Below are positions 6,777 to 18,625 of a DNA stretch of 64,000 nt, one piece after another. A model generated the notes under the pieces. The model saw only the letters and a list, made by a program, of their open reading frames with translations, was not told the DNA's origin and did no database searches. Source of the DNA: Pseudomonadota bacterium. GTDB taxonomy: Bacteria; Pseudomonadota; Alphaproteobacteria; Paracaedibacterales; CAITNM01. The position numbers were made by a program, and so were the translations under genes. The stretch lies in the NCBI GenBank assembly GCA_046309815.1, contig JBKCOJ010000015.1:43-64042 (forward strand), in the 5' to 3' direction. Each line of letters begins with the position of its first letter. Position 1 is the stretch's first letter.

Positions 6777-8771
6777 TTAACCCTCCAGTTTAGAAAAATT
6801 AGCAAACGCATTCAGCGTTGCTTGCAACATGCCCAACAAATTTAATCGATTTTGCTGGATATTTAAATCATCGTCCATGACTTTAGCGTGATCGAAAAAG
6901 TTATCAATTACTGGCTTTAGGCTAGCAACTAATGTCATTGCTTCTTTAAACGCAAACGTTTTTAAGTGTGCATCAATTTTAGGCATTGTCTGCATTAGTT
7001 CAGCATAAAGAGCACGCTCAACATCAAGAACAAAAAACTTTTCATCAGGCTTATTAATTTGTGTGCCTTTTAAAATACCAATAACACGACGGTAGGCACT
7101 AAGAAGAAAAGTACCTGTTTCGCTTTGCAGCAAATCTTTTAGTGCACGGGCACGCTCAACTGTTTGCCAAATATCATCTAAAGGTTTATCTAGCACCGCA
7201 TGCACATGATCAGCTGGCATTTCAGCTTTCAAAAAGGCAGACAAACGCTCTGTAATAAAAGATGCAACGGTTTCAATAACATCTGACTTTAAAGAAACTT
7301 TTTGCTGTTGGTATGACTGCACTGACTTTTCTAGCCAGTTTCGCAAAGAATTGGGGGTATTTTTTTGCAACATTAATCGAATGATACCCAGCGCACTACG
7401 ACGCAACCCATATGGATCTTTAGAGCCTGAGGGCTTCATACCGATGCCAAAAAATCCGACGAGATTATCCACCTTATCTAACAACGATAACGTCCAACTT
7501 ATGTCATCCACTGGACATGCATCGTTCGCACCTTGTGGTTGATAATAACCTTTAAGGGCAATCGCTATATCTGCAGGCACACCTTGCGCTTTGGCATAAA
7601 TTTCGCCCATAACGCCTTGAAGTTCAGGGAATTCACCCACCATTTGCGTTAGCAAGTCACACTTAGAAAGCATCGCTGCTTGCTGTACTTTGGGATCCGT
7701 TGCGCAATATTCTAAGCGTTGCACTTTTTGATATACGGAACCTAAATCAGCGTGGAAAATGATATTTTTTAGAGCATCAAGACGGCTTTCCAAGGGCGCT
7801 TTCATATCTTGATCATAAAAGAATGCGGCATCACTGAGGCGCGCACGCAAGACTCGTTCATAGCCAGCTGTCATATGCTCATTAATAGGAACATTAGCAA
7901 CGAAGCCAAAATGCGGAGCAAATGTATCTTTCTTTAGGATAGTGAAATATTTTTGATGCACACGCATGGACGTGCTGAGAACAGCTCCTGGAAGATGCAT
8001 AAATTTATCATCGATTTTTCCAAGCCCGACAAAAGGATATTCAACAAGGCCAGCAACTTCGTCTAGCAACGTTTCATCAGCCACAAAGGTTAACTGATTT
8101 GTTTGGCAAATTTTTTGCAGATCGTTTTGAATAGCGAAGCGACGTTCTTCAAGATCAAGCATCACATGAGCTGCATTCAAGCTTTGGCGATACTGCGCAA
8201 AACTGGTTACTGTAATTTGCTGTGGATTTAAAAAGCGATGACCAAAGGTGAGATTATTTGTTTTTAAACCTGCCGCTGGCACGTCAAAAATAATTTCTTT
8301 TCCATCTAATACACAGCAAATATTACGAATAGGACGAACCCAAGTATGTTCAGCGCCCGGCCATCGCATAGATGTAGGCCAAGGCATGGAGCGTAATACC
8401 TTATCTAGGATGCTTGGCAATAATTCCTGAAGAGGTTTTCCCTGTTGCTGAATTTTTGCAAACCAATAGCCATTTTCCTGAATCAGTTCATTTTGAGGAA
8501 CGCCAGATGATTTTAAAAATCCTTGCAACGCTGCATCTGGAGCGCCCACTTTAGGACCGCGACGTTCTTCTAAAATTGTTTCCGAAGACGCGGCGATATC
8601 TGCCGCGTGAAGCGTCATGCGTCTTGGACCAATGAATGCTTCAGGATTACTGCTGCATTTTAATTTAAGACTTTCAAATTCTTGAACGAATAATTGTAGA
8701 AAATCAATCTTTGCTTGGCGCTGCATGCGCGCTGGAATTTCTTCCATAAAAATCTCAAGACATAGTTCCAT
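6777..8771 (-). CDS. glyS: glycine--tRNA ligase beta subunit
   Basis: LEIFMEEIPARMQ, VRPIR, EFPELQG, GSKDPYGLRR; follows glyQ. Confidence 0.97.
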   Translation of the reverse strand: MELCLEIFMEEIPARMQRQAKIDFLQLFVQEFESLKLKCSSNPEAFIGPRRMTLHAADIAASSETILEERRGPKVGAPDAALQGFLKSSGVPQNELIQENGYWFAKIQQQGKPLQELLPSILDKVLRSMPWPTSMRWPGAEHTWVRPIRNICCVLDGKEIIFDVPAAGLKTNNLTFGHRFLNPQQITVTSFAQYRQSLNAAHVMLDLEERRFAIQNDLQKICQTNQLTFVADETLLDEVAGLVEYPFVGLGKIDDKFMHLPGAVLSTSMRVHQKYFTILKKDTFAPHFGFVANVPINEHMTAGYERVLRARLSDAAFFYDQDMKAPLESRLDALKNIIFHADLGSVYQKVQRLEYCATDPKVQQAAMLSKCDLLTQMVGEFPELQGVMGEIYAKAQGVPADIAIALKGYYQPQGANDACPVDDISWTLSLLDKVDNLVGFFGIGMKPSGSKDPYGLRRSALGIIRLMLQKNTPNSLRNWLEKSVQSYQQQKVSLKSDVIETVASFITERLSAFLKAEMPADHVHAVLDKPLDDIWQTVERARALKDLLQSETGTFLLSAYRRVIGILKGTQINKPDEKFFVLDVERALYAELMQTMPKIDAHLKTFAFKEAMTLVASLKPVIDNFFDHAKVMDDDLNIQQNRLNLLGMLQATLNAFANFSKLEG

Positions 8772-8773
8772 GG

Positions 8774-9637
8774 CTATCCTATCCACGCTTCACAAGAGGA
8801 CTTTGCAAGATTACGTACGCGCGCCATATAAGCGGCTCTTTCAGTAACGCTAATCACGCCGCGTGCATTCAACATATTAAATAAATGGTTAGCTTTTAAG
8901 CATTGTTCATAAGCCGGCAAAATAAGCTTTTTATCAAGCAAGCTTAAACATTCTTTTTCGGCATCACTAAAATGACGCAGCAACATTTCCACATCTGCAT
9001 GCTCAAAATTGTAAGCTGAAAATTCTTGTTCTGACCTTAAAAAAACATCACGATAAGTAAGACATTCAGCGCCGGACTTACCGTTCCAATTAATATCAAA
9101 ATGGCTTTCAACGCCCTGAACAATCGTTGCAATTCTTTCTAATCCATATGTAAGCTCGACAGGCACAGGATCACACACGATGCCACCAACCTGTTGAAAA
9201 TAGGTATATTGGGTAATTTCCATTCCATCACACCAAACTTCCCAACCAAGGCCCGCCGCACCTAAAGAGGGGTTTTCCCAATCATCTTCAACAAAGCGCA
9301 TATCATGGCGATTTAGATCAAAGCCTATCGTCCTTAAGCTTTCGAGATATAGCTCCTGAGGATTTATGGGACACGGCTTCAACAAAACTTGAAACTGATA
9401 ATATAATTGAGTGCGGTTTGGATTTTCGCCATATCTACCATCGGTTGGTCGACGGCAAGGTTGTACATATGCTGTATTCCAAAGATCAGGGCCAAGAGCA
9501 CGAATTAGCGTTGCTGGATGGGAGGTACCTGCACCAACTTCGAGGTCATATGGTTGCAAAATAACACAACCATAATTTGCCCAATATTGCTGTAAACGAA
9601 GAATAATTTCTTGAAATGAGATAGGTTGATTATTCAT
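8774..9637 (-). CDS. glyQ: glycine--tRNA ligase alpha subunit
   Basis: [33 protein letters not shown]. Confidence 0.98.
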   Translation of the reverse strand: MNNQPISFQEIILRLQQYWANYGCVILQPYDLEVGAGTSHPATLIRALGPDLWNTAYVQPCRRPTDGRYGENPNRTQLYYQFQVLLKPCPINPQELYLESLRTIGFDLNRHDMRFVEDDWENPSLGAAGLGWEVWCDGMEITQYTYFQQVGGIVCDPVPVELTYGLERIATIVQGVESHFDINWNGKSGAECLTYRDVFLRSEQEFSAYNFEHADVEMLLRHFSDAEKECLSLLDKKLILPAYEQCLKANHLFNMLNARGVISVTERAAYMARVRNLAKSSCEAWIG

Positions 9638-9656
9638 GCATCATGCTTTCGTCGAA

Positions 9657-10856
9657 TTAACTATTTTTATCATTTAAAAACTTTAAAGCCAAGACTTTAC
9701 CTTCTTCAACTGCAGGTTGATCGAATGGATTTACTTCCCAGATTTGAGAGACGACTAGTGTTTCGAGCACGGCATTTATCATTAATTGACCTAAATAATA
9801 GGTATTAATTGTTGGTATAGTAACCAATCGCAAAGGCAAATTATGGGCACGCATTGTTTCATAAGTTGCACGCATTTCTGCATTTAATAATTGTTTCAAA
9901 CTATGATGACGCAGCGGTTGATAAGAAGGGTGATCAATACCTAAATCAACCACCTCAAAATCTGCTTTTTCTTGTGTTTCTAAAAAGGTAAAAAATTTAT
10001 CTTGCGGGCCGTCTAAATATAGCTGTAATTGGGAATGCTGGTCGGTAGCGCCCAAAGCTTGAATAGGCGTTGAACCAAAACGAGCACCATCTTTATTCTT
10101 TTTTCCTAAGCTTTCTCCCCATAACTGAGCAAACCAAGCGCCATATAATTTTAGTTTATCTGCATAGGAAAAAACCACAGGATGCAATTTAGTTTCCGCG
10201 AGGAAGCATGCGGTATCCATAACTGCACAAGAGGACCCAACTTCAAATGTTTTTAATGCATCTTGTGCGCCTCGTGTGAAGGCTGACATGTCTAAGCCTG
10301 CCAATAAACCTAGAAGCATACCAACTTCTGCAAACACAGCAAAACGTCCACCTATTTGTGTATGATGAGGCACCACCAGAGTGGCGTTATTCTGAGCAAA
10401 GGTATGCAAAGCATTGCCATCTGTTTGCGTGATGATAACAAGATGATCTTGCAGATTTAGTTTTTTCTTATCATAAATTTTTTTGAGCGTTGCAAGTTGC
10501 ACCAATGTCTCAGCTGTATTCCCTGATTTTGATACAACTAAAAGGCCTGTTTTGCTGAAATCGATATTTTTTAGACGCTTTGTGAAAGTATCTGGGTCAA
10601 TGTTGTCAAAAAATATAACTTCTTTAGCTGGCTCATCGATTAAAGCATATAAAGCTTGAGGACCAAGGCTTGATCCGCCAGTTCCCAAATGAATAATTTG
10701 AGGAAATTTGCTTAATTTATTAAGAGCATCTTTGTAAGAATCAGGAGAAAATTCGGCCTGAAGATAATTATATAAAGGGAGGGATTTTACAAAATCTTTA
10801 AAATCATTAGATAAACTAGATTCTTTTTTAGAGAAACTTAAACAATAATTTAACAT
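9657..10856 (-). CDS. pgi: glucose-6-phosphate isomerase
   Basis: GTGGSSLG, SKSGNTAET, QLWGESLGK, DQHSQLQ, NPFDQPAVEEGK. Confidence 0.95.
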   Translation of the reverse strand: MLNYCLSFSKKESSLSNDFKDFVKSLPLYNYLQAEFSPDSYKDALNKLSKFPQIIHLGTGGSSLGPQALYALIDEPAKEVIFFDNIDPDTFTKRLKNIDFSKTGLLVVSKSGNTAETLVQLATLKKIYDKKKLNLQDHLVIITQTDGNALHTFAQNNATLVVPHHTQIGGRFAVFAEVGMLLGLLAGLDMSAFTRGAQDALKTFEVGSSCAVMDTACFLAETKLHPVVFSYADKLKLYGAWFAQLWGESLGKKNKDGARFGSTPIQALGATDQHSQLQLYLDGPQDKFFTFLETQEKADFEVVDLGIDHPSYQPLRHHSLKQLLNAEMRATYETMRAHNLPLRLVTIPTINTYYLGQLMINAVLETLVVSQIWEVNPFDQPAVEEGKVLALKFLNDKNS

Positions 10857-12202
10857 TACAGACCTAGAACTTCTTGATAATTACGCTTGGGCATTTTGCC
10901 TTTAGGATAAAAACGAGCAATAACAATGGGAGGCTTTTCCAAAACAAGATGAAGCATTTCATGAGTTTGCTTAACTGTTATACTTTGGAGAAAATCCTCG
11001 TATTTAGAAATTGCCTCCACTGGAAAACCGGATAAAACACTATTTGCCAAAGCCATTAGGAAGGCTTCTCCATCCATAGAAAAGGCAAATATATTGCATG
11101 CTTCTTTCTTTGCTTTATTAAAGTCTTTCTCAATTAACCCTTTTTTCAAAAATTTATGAAGCTGCTCAAATAAAAATTTTTCGGCTTTTTCAACATTCAT
11201 CTCTGGAGAAAGAATAAGATTAAAGGTAAACTCCATGTCATTTCTTCCGCAAGAGTAATCACACTCAACTCCTAGCGCTAATCGCTTTTCTTTAACCATT
11301 TGCTTTGTAAGTAATCTTGAATCAGAGCCAGTTAACGTAGCCTCTAACATGCGCATTGCTAAATATGCTTCAGGTTTTTCTATAAGCGTAGGAACACGAT
11401 ATGCTATTTTTATATAAATGTTCTCAGCTTTCGGATTTTCCTGTTCGATTGTTGTTGTTAACCCTTCACGATCTGGTTCAACGGCACGGTCTACTACAGG
11501 TAATTCTTTTGCGTTAATGCTTAAAAATTTTTTTTCAACTAAAGGCAAAACATACGCCAAATCATATGGGCCCACCACAACTATTGTTGCGTTATTAGGT
11601 ATGTACCATTTTTTATAATGGTCTTTCAGTGCATCGATTGTATATGCCTTGATATGCGATTCATAGCCTATCGGAAAAATACCATAGGGATGCGCTGTAT
11701 ATAGCGCTCTTCTATAGATTTCTGAGCTTTTTCCTAAAGGATGATTACCTAAGCGCATCTTACGTTCTTCTAACACTACTTTTTGCTCAGGCAAAAAATC
11801 TTCTTCTTGTAATTCTAAATTTTCCATACGATCAGCTTCTATATCCAAAATCGTTTCTAGATATTCAGCAGGCAGAGAAAACGTATAAACGGTTGTATCA
11901 AAGTTCGTATGAGCGTTTAAAAAACCTCCACAGCTATTAATAATTCTATCAAGAGAATCTTTAGGGTACTTAGAAGATCCTTTAAACATCATATGCTCTA
12001 GCATATGGGATAATCCTAACAAGTAAACAGGATCGTCAGCCGTGCCAACGCCATATTTTGTGAGAACAGTCACTGATGGCAAGATAGGATTTTGAAAAAC
12101 AATTACTTTCAAACCGTTTGATAATGTTGCTGTTTGAGGAGCAATCTTTGAATGCAACGGACAAAGAAAAAAACCTATAAGTAATATAGCAATATATTTC
12201 AT
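10856..12202 (-). CDS. M16 family zinc peptidase (active subunit)
   Basis: HMLEHMMFKGS inverted zinc motif; signal peptide. Confidence 0.92.
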   Translation of the reverse strand: MKYIAILLIGFFLCPLHSKIAPQTATLSNGLKVIVFQNPILPSVTVLTKYGVGTADDPVYLLGLSHMLEHMMFKGSSKYPKDSLDRIINSCGGFLNAHTNFDTTVYTFSLPAEYLETILDIEADRMENLELQEEDFLPEQKVVLEERKMRLGNHPLGKSSEIYRRALYTAHPYGIFPIGYESHIKAYTIDALKDHYKKWYIPNNATIVVVGPYDLAYVLPLVEKKFLSINAKELPVVDRAVEPDREGLTTTIEQENPKAENIYIKIAYRVPTLIEKPEAYLAMRMLEATLTGSDSRLLTKQMVKEKRLALGVECDYSCGRNDMEFTFNLILSPEMNVEKAEKFLFEQLHKFLKKGLIEKDFNKAKKEACNIFAFSMDGEAFLMALANSVLSGFPVEAISKYEDFLQSITVKQTHEMLHLVLEKPPIVIARFYPKGKMPKRNYQEVLGL

Positions 12203-13506
12203 TCACCCACCGCAAACACAACAAATTGATCTAATTTTAAGAATCGTTTTAATGCTTCATTCACCTCATCAGCCGTTAATGCAGATATTTTTTCAATAAT
12301 TACATTATGAAAATCAACTGGACGACCATCACGTTGATATTTTGTTAGTCTTGCTGCTATGTGCTGTGTTGAAGCAAAAGAACGTTTATAGTTTCCGAGA
12401 AAACTTTTCTTCACTGTTTCTATTAACTCTGCGGGAATGCCATTTTGGTAAGTATCTGCTAGCACTTCTTTAATAGCTTGTAGCGTTTGATTAACTGTTT
12501 CTGTTTGGGTAGAAGTTTGAATACAAAAAGCCTTAAAATGATCTTGCTGAGTAAAACCAGCCCCAATACCATAAGTTAAGCCTTTTTCTTCTCGAATTTT
12601 TTTCCACAAAATGCCTATACCCGGATTACTTAAGCATCCCATAGCAATTTGCAGGGCAAAAAAGTCAGGGTGGTTTATATCTATTCCTTCATGCATCATA
12701 CGGATAACCGTTTGAGGTACGGAAAATTTTCGCGAATGCATCTCATACGGTCCAGTTATTTTATGATCTGCCGGTAAATTAATTTTCCCTGTCTTTGGTA
12801 AAGCCTGCACAATGCTAGAAAGCTGGTTTATAAAAACTTCTTCATCAAACTCACCACATACTCCAATAATAAGATTTTCTTGAGAAAAATATGCCTTCAT
12901 ATACGATTTTAAATCACTACCCTTAATATTCTTTAGACTTTTAAGATATGTTGCCTGCAAAGCGCCATAAGGATGATTTGCCAATAGTGTTTCTTTTATG
13001 AATTCTCCTAATTGAGCATCTGGTGATTGCAGCGTTTGCATAGCTACTGCTGTTATTTCGTTTTTAAACCGCGTTAAGTCTTTTTCAAGAAAGCGAGACT
13101 CTAAAAGAAGTTCTTTCAATAAAGAAATAAGTTCCGAGAGTTTATTTGATGGACATCTCCCCATAATGACAAAATCATCATCATCAGAATTGCACGACAC
13201 GGCAACATTATGTTCAGACGCGTAATCTTGCAGTTGCTCACGAGTTTTTTTATTTGTAGCTTCGCCTATGGATTTAGAAAGCAAAGCAACCAAGGCCTCT
13301 TTGTTTTTAGGAGATAATTTTTCTCCAGCATTTTTAAAGCACAATTGAATTGTAACGACGCCCACTCCTTGAAAAGGAGATACTCGTACTGTTTTATCAG
13401 CAATTTTTAGATCTTTAACAATAACGTTAAAGCTAGTTGGCTGTTCAGATCGTAAAAGCGAAGAGGCTACAACAACGCAGAAAATGATACTTTTTATTAG
13501 TCTCAT
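12199..13506 (-). CDS. M16 family peptidase, non-catalytic partner
   Basis: IREEKGLTY motif, no HXXEH; signal peptide; overlaps the active M16 gene. Confidence 0.85.
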   Translation of the reverse strand: MRLIKSIIFCVVVASSLLRSEQPTSFNVIVKDLKIADKTVRVSPFQGVGVVTIQLCFKNAGEKLSPKNKEALVALLSKSIGEATNKKTREQLQDYASEHNVAVSCNSDDDDFVIMGRCPSNKLSELISLLKELLLESRFLEKDLTRFKNEITAVAMQTLQSPDAQLGEFIKETLLANHPYGALQATYLKSLKNIKGSDLKSYMKAYFSQENLIIGVCGEFDEEVFINQLSSIVQALPKTGKINLPADHKITGPYEMHSRKFSVPQTVIRMMHEGIDINHPDFFALQIAMGCLSNPGIGILWKKIREEKGLTYGIGAGFTQQDHFKAFCIQTSTQTETVNQTLQAIKEVLADTYQNGIPAELIETVKKSFLGNYKRSFASTQHIAARLTKYQRDGRPVDFHNVIIEKISALTADEVNEALKRFLKLDQFVVFAVGE

Positions 13507-14120
13507 CTATGTTCTCTGAGTTGCTCTATTCTATCCGCATTAATGATACCCTTTTCATCCTCTAACTCTACAGCCTGCTGCTTTTCATCAACTTCTGCGC
13601 GTTCTGCTGATGTTTCGTGATGTTCAGCTGATTCGTGCTTTAGCTGCTCTTTTAATTTTTCAACAGGTCTTTCTTTATTTTTGTTTGAATTGATAGATTT
13701 TGCGTTTTTAATAAATTCTTTTTTCCAAGCGTTAAGTTTATTTTCTGCATCGCTATCCCCACCTTCTTTTGCTTCTTCATCTATTTTTTTACGAATAGAT
13801 TCATCTGCTGAACCGGTTTTGTCTTTTAAATCTTGTTTACTTGTTTCAGAAAGAGCTGCTTCTGATGCATCGCCACCTATAACTTTTTGGGCTTTAGCCG
13901 CAGATGCATTTAGTGGAATACTTTTACCGTCTTTGTCTTTTGTTCTAGGAGGCATCAGTTTATAATTTGGCGGCACTTCCAATGGATCATTTTGTTTAAT
14001 GTTGAACTCATCTGCTTGATAGTGATCCATACCCAAAGTGCTTTTCACGCTTTCGCACGCAGTTAGAAGTAACGGTATTCCAATTAGAGCAAGAAATTTA
14101 TGCATATAGCTTAATGTCAT
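13503..14120 (-). CDS. DUF3035-like lipoprotein with charged C-terminal tail
   Basis: lipobox LTAC; DEF...PLEVPPNYKLMPP; typical position upstream of an M16 pair. Confidence 0.75.
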   Translation of the reverse strand: MTLSYMHKFLALIGIPLLLTACESVKSTLGMDHYQADEFNIKQNDPLEVPPNYKLMPPRTKDKDGKSIPLNASAAKAQKVIGGDASEAALSETSKQDLKDKTGSADESIRKKIDEEAKEGGDSDAENKLNAWKKEFIKNAKSINSNKNKERPVEKLKEQLKHESAEHHETSAERAEVDEKQQAVELEDEKGIINADRIEQLREHR

Positions 14121-14182
14121 ATTTACTGTCTACAATTTAAGAAAGGCTCACGAAAAAAGCAAGAAATTAACAAAAACTAAGA

Positions 14183-14638
14183 TCAATTATCATATAACTC
14201 GTCATTAACGCCATCAATTGTCTCAACACGAAGCTCATGCCTTCCGCCTGTTTCAAAAGTAGCAGATAGAAATATTTGGATCATTTCTTGCGCTTGCTCA
14301 AACGATGTGTAATCTGCAGCTATGCATAAAATATTTGCATTGTTATGAGTGCGCGCGCTCTGCGCCATGGATTTGTTAAGACACAATGCTGCATATACGC
14401 CTTTGTAGCGATTTGCCGTAATGGACACGCCAATACCGCTTCGACAAATAAGAATGCCAAAATCAACCGCACGATCTTGAACTTTTTTAGCGACTAAATG
14501 CGCAAATTCTGCGTAGTTTGAACTTTGCTGATCGAAGGCACCAACATCAACCCACTTAATTTTATCAGCACCTGATGCTTTAATTTTTTCCTTAAGCTCA
14601 AATCCTCCGTGATCTGAGCCAATGGCAATGTTTAACAT
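14183..14638 (-). CDS. rpiB: ribose-5-phosphate isomerase B
   Basis: IAIGSDHGG, CRSGIG, HNNANIL, FETGGRH. Confidence 0.95.
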   Translation of the reverse strand: MLNIAIGSDHGGFELKEKIKASGADKIKWVDVGAFDQQSSNYAEFAHLVAKKVQDRAVDFGILICRSGIGVSITANRYKGVYAALCLNKSMAQSARTHNNANILCIAADYTSFEQAQEMIQIFLSATFETGGRHELRVETIDGVNDELYDN

Positions 14639-14865
14639 CACATATACCCCCACAAACAATGCATAAAATTTTACAAAATATTTAAGTTTTTACAAGTAAA
14701 AATATTTTAAAATTTTAATAATTATCGAACTAAAAGACTAGGAGACAGCAAAAAATCAGGTTTGCGATTCAAGAAAATATCGTGTAATAATCAATTCGAA
14801 TACTTATATTTATGTATAACTCTTAAATTATAGAGTACTATACACCCTTTCAAGAATGGTCAGAA

Positions 14866-17742
14866 ATGCTAGATACAATTCGAATCCGTGGTGCTCGCGA
14901 GCACAATTTAAAAAATGTAAGTGTAGACATTCCGAGAGATAAGCTTGTTGTTATCACAGGGCTTAGCGGATCAGGAAAATCATCTTTAGCCTTTGACACG
15001 TTATATGCAGAAGGCCAACGCCGATACGTTGAAAGTCTTTCTGCTTATGCTCGTCAATTTTTGCAGTTAATGCAAAAACCCGACGTAGATTCTATAGAAG
15101 GTCTCAGCCCAGCTATTTCTATTGAGCAAAAAACAACTTCAAAAAATCCAAGATCAACAGTTGGAACAGTCACCGAACTATATGATTATCTAAGATTATT
15201 GTATGCCAGAGTAGGTGTGCCTCATTCTCCAGCAACAGGACTGCCTATTGAGGCGCAAACGGTAAGTCAAATGGTGGATCGTATTTTAGAGGCGCCAGAA
15301 AAAACCAAAATTATTTTACTATCTCCCATCGTGCGCGATCGAAAAGGTGAATATAAAAAGGAAATCGCTGATCTACAAAAAAAAGGATTTCAACGTATTT
15401 ATATCGATGGAAAAGTCTATTCCATTGAAGAAGCCCCTACCCTAAATAAAAAAATAAAACATACCATTGCGGTTGTCGTTGATCGATTAGTTATAACAGA
15501 TAGTATTGATCTAAAAACACGTTTAGCTGACTCGGTAGAAACAGCACTAAAATTAAGCGACGGATTACTTTGGGCACAAAATGCTGATTCAGCAGAAATC
15601 ACTACCTATTCTTCGAAGTTTGCTTGCCCAGTTTCTGGATTCACCCTGGAAGAGATAGAGCCTCGATTGTTCTCATTCAATAGCCCTCATGGCGCGTGCT
15701 CAACGTGCGATGGACTTGGCATGGAAATTATCTTCGACGAACAGCTCATCATACCTAATTCTGATTTAAGCTTACGTGAAGGAGCTATTGCACCTTGGTC
15801 CGGGCAGGAAAATGCAAGCAGCGGAAAAAAGGGGCAAATGACCTCTGAATACTATGCGCAAGTTCTAGATGGAGTCGCGCGTCATTTTAATGAAAGCACA
15901 AACATTCCTTTTAAAGAGCTCTCTGAAGATTTACAAAAGACAATTTTATACGGATCAGGCACTGAAATTATTCCCATAATATATAATGATGGCGTTCGTA
16001 AATATATTTCCAAAAAGCCATTCGAAGGAATCGTGCCAAATTTAAAGCGTCGCTGGCTAGAAACAGAAAGCGATTGGACTAGAGAATTCTTAAGACGTTT
16101 TCAAAATGAAACTCCTTGCCATGCTTGCAATGGACATAGACTTAAAGATGAAGCTCTAAGTGTGAAAATTGCACAACTCCATATAGGTCAGGTATGCGAA
16201 TTTTCCATTAAAAAAGCTCTGGAATGGTTTGAGAACTTAACTTTATCAAAAAAACATCAAGAAATTGCTGATAAAATCTTACGTGAGATTCGTAACCGCT
16301 TAAAATTCCTTATCGACGTAGGTTTAGACTACTTAACTCTTTCAAGAGCAGCCGGAACTCTTTCTGGCGGAGAAAGCCAACGAATTCGTCTGGCATCTCA
16401 AGTGGGATCAGGATTAACAGGGGTTCTATATGTTTTGGATGAGCCATCTATTGGGTTGCATCAACGCGACAATGACCGACTATTAGATTCTCTACGTAAT
16501 TTACGTGACTTAGGCAATACGGTTGTTGTGGTAGAGCATGATGAGGATGCCATACGCACGGCTGATCATGTTATAGATATGGGCCCTGCAGCGGGAGTAC
16601 ATGGCGGAGAAATTATTTCTCAAGGAACGCCTAAAGATATTATGGACTGCTCAAAGAGTTTAACCGGGCAATATCTAAAAGGAACAAAATCAATCCCTAT
16701 TCCTATTGATCGTCGCTCCGGGCATACAAATAAATTTTTAAAAATTACAGGCGCCAAGACAAATAACTTAAAAAATGTTGATGCAACCTTTCCTTTAGGA
16801 ACATTTACCTGCGTGACGGGCGTTTCAGGAGGGGGAAAATCTACTCTTGTTATTGAGACTTTGTATAAAGCTTTAAACCGCCAGTTTAATCATGGAAGAG
16901 AAGTACCTGGAATATACAAGACCCTAGAAGGAGTCGAATATTTAGACAAGGTCATCGACATTGATCAATCTCCCATTGGTCGTACTCCAAGATCCAATCC
17001 TGCTACCTATGTTGGATGCTTTACGCCTATTCGAGAATGGTTTGCCGGAATACCAGAAGCAAAGGCACGCGGTTATACTCCAGGTCGCTTTTCTTTCAAT
17101 GTTAAAGGCGGCAGATGTGAAGCGTGCCAAGGAGACGGTGTTGTTAAAATTGAAATGCATTTTTTGCCCGATGTATATGTAGAATGCGATCAATGTCATG
17201 GCAAACGATATAATAGGGAAACACTTGAAATAACCTACAAAAATAAGAGTATTGCCGACGTATTAGACATGACCGTTGAAGAAGCTGCAGACTTTTTTGA
17301 AAATAACCCAGCTGTTGTTGATAAGTTACGCGCCTTAAAACATGTAGGACTTGGATACATAAAAGTAGGTCAACAAGCAACCACCTTATCAGGAGGTGAA
17401 GCTCAGAGAGTAAAGCTGGCCAAGGAATTATCAAGGCGTGCAACGGGTAAAACTCTATACATACTTGATGAGCCTACCACTGGATTGCACTTTGAAGATG
17501 TAAGAAAACTCTTAGAAGTTTTACATCATTTGGTGGATCAAGGTAATACGGTTCTTGTAATCGAACATAACTTAGAAGTCATCAAAACAGCCGATTGGAT
17601 TATTGATATGGGGCCAGAAGGTGGTGAAGGTGGCGGAAGCGTGATTGCGACTGGCACTCCAGAAGAATTAGCTTGTGTTGCAAAGAGCTATACAGGAAAA
17701 TATTTGAAGCCATACTTAAAAATGAAGGCTGCTAGTGCATAA
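14866..17742 (+). CDS. uvrA: excinuclease ABC subunit A
   Basis: [22 protein letters not shown], two ABC domains, zinc fingers. Confidence 0.99.
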   Translation: MLDTIRIRGAREHNLKNVSVDIPRDKLVVITGLSGSGKSSLAFDTLYAEGQRRYVESLSAYARQFLQLMQKPDVDSIEGLSPAISIEQKTTSKNPRSTVGTVTELYDYLRLLYARVGVPHSPATGLPIEAQTVSQMVDRILEAPEKTKIILLSPIVRDRKGEYKKEIADLQKKGFQRIYIDGKVYSIEEAPTLNKKIKHTIAVVVDRLVITDSIDLKTRLADSVETALKLSDGLLWAQNADSAEITTYSSKFACPVSGFTLEEIEPRLFSFNSPHGACSTCDGLGMEIIFDEQLIIPNSDLSLREGAIAPWSGQENASSGKKGQMTSEYYAQVLDGVARHFNESTNIPFKELSEDLQKTILYGSGTEIIPIIYNDGVRKYISKKPFEGIVPNLKRRWLETESDWTREFLRRFQNETPCHACNGHRLKDEALSVKIAQLHIGQVCEFSIKKALEWFENLTLSKKHQEIADKILREIRNRLKFLIDVGLDYLTLSRAAGTLSGGESQRIRLASQVGSGLTGVLYVLDEPSIGLHQRDNDRLLDSLRNLRDLGNTVVVVEHDEDAIRTADHVIDMGPAAGVHGGEIISQGTPKDIMDCSKSLTGQYLKGTKSIPIPIDRRSGHTNKFLKITGAKTNNLKNVDATFPLGTFTCVTGVSGGGKSTLVIETLYKALNRQFNHGREVPGIYKTLEGVEYLDKVIDIDQSPIGRTPRSNPATYVGCFTPIREWFAGIPEAKARGYTPGRFSFNVKGGRCEACQGDGVVKIEMHFLPDVYVECDQCHGKRYNRETLEITYKNKSIADVLDMTVEEAADFFENNPAVVDKLRALKHVGLGYIKVGQQATTLSGGEAQRVKLAKELSRRATGKTLYILDEPTTGLHFEDVRKLLEVLHHLVDQGNTVLVIEHNLEVIKTADWIIDMGPEGGEGGGSVIATGTPEELACVAKSYTGKYLKPYLKMKAASA

Positions 17743-17923
17743 ATGTATCACTTATTAAGGTTGAATCAAAAATAGAAAAATATTCCACCGAAAAGAATTG
17801 ACAACCCGTAAGATGAATCTTCTATACTGAGATGAGAAATAAAAATACAAATAACCGATAAAAGCAATTTAAATGATGCCGAAAAATGAAATTTCACAAA
17901 CTAAAATTAAGGAAGGATTTGCT

Positions 17924-18592
17924 ATGACTCATTTTCCTATTCTCAGCAAAGAAGCAATTGAACTCTGCATCTCTGATTATCTAAAGATTACGAAACAAGA
18001 TGAAGCAACTCTTGTAGAATTAAATGGCTTTGCCTGTGCTAAAGAAATTTTAGACCAATTTGGTCCTTTTTCAAGTGATCATATTGTTGTATACGCAGGA
18101 CCTGCACAAAATGGCAAAAATGGCATCGCAACTGCATTATTTTTGGCAGCGCACACAAAAAAGATCACGATCTGCATGCCTTCTTTATCGGCAGAAGGTT
18201 CTGATGATTTTGATCCAAAACAGATAACAAAATTCTACCCAAACATCGAATTTACCAATACGCCGACGTTTGGGGACTTTTATATAGACGCCTTATTTGG
18301 AATCGAACTCAATCAAAAGCCAGACGATGTTTACGAACAAATCATTTCCATCCTTAATCAACAAGCGACCACCATTGTCTCCATCGATGTTCCAAGTGGC
18401 GTAGATGCTGACACATCAAGTTGTGCAGGAGAAGTTGTAAAGCCTAACTTGACTCTTGCGGTATCTTGCCTGAAGCCTGTTCATTGCACTGCATCTGCAA
18501 AAATGATTTGCGGTGATATAGCATGTGTTGACGCAGGGCTACCTAGAGAGTTTGTTGAAAAATATGCTGAAAAACAAAAACTCGCATGCTAG
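17924..18592 (+). CDS. YjeF_N / NAD(P)H-hydrate epimerase-like protein (stand-alone, degenerate motif)
   Basis: DALFG and SIDVPSG motifs; GPAQNGKNG in place of GxGNNGGDG; SD aggaagg before ATG 17924. Confidence 0.75.
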   Translation: MTHFPILSKEAIELCISDYLKITKQDEATLVELNGFACAKEILDQFGPFSSDHIVVYAGPAQNGKNGIATALFLAAHTKKITICMPSLSAEGSDDFDPKQITKFYPNIEFTNTPTFGDFYIDALFGIELNQKPDDVYEQIISILNQQATTIVSIDVPSGVDADTSSCAGEVVKPNLTLAVSCLKPVHCTASAKMICGDIACVDAGLPREFVEKYAEKQKLAC

Positions 18593-18625
18593 CATAGGCT
18601 TACTTACACATAACCAAACAGATAA

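Noticed and set aside
14660-14865. LexA/SOS box upstream of uvrA
   Set aside because: No GTTC-N7-GTTC or CTGT-N8-ACAG match seen.
17798-17828. sigma70 promoter TTGACA...TATACT
   Set aside because: The 19-bp spacer is suboptimal and it cannot be supported without TSS data.
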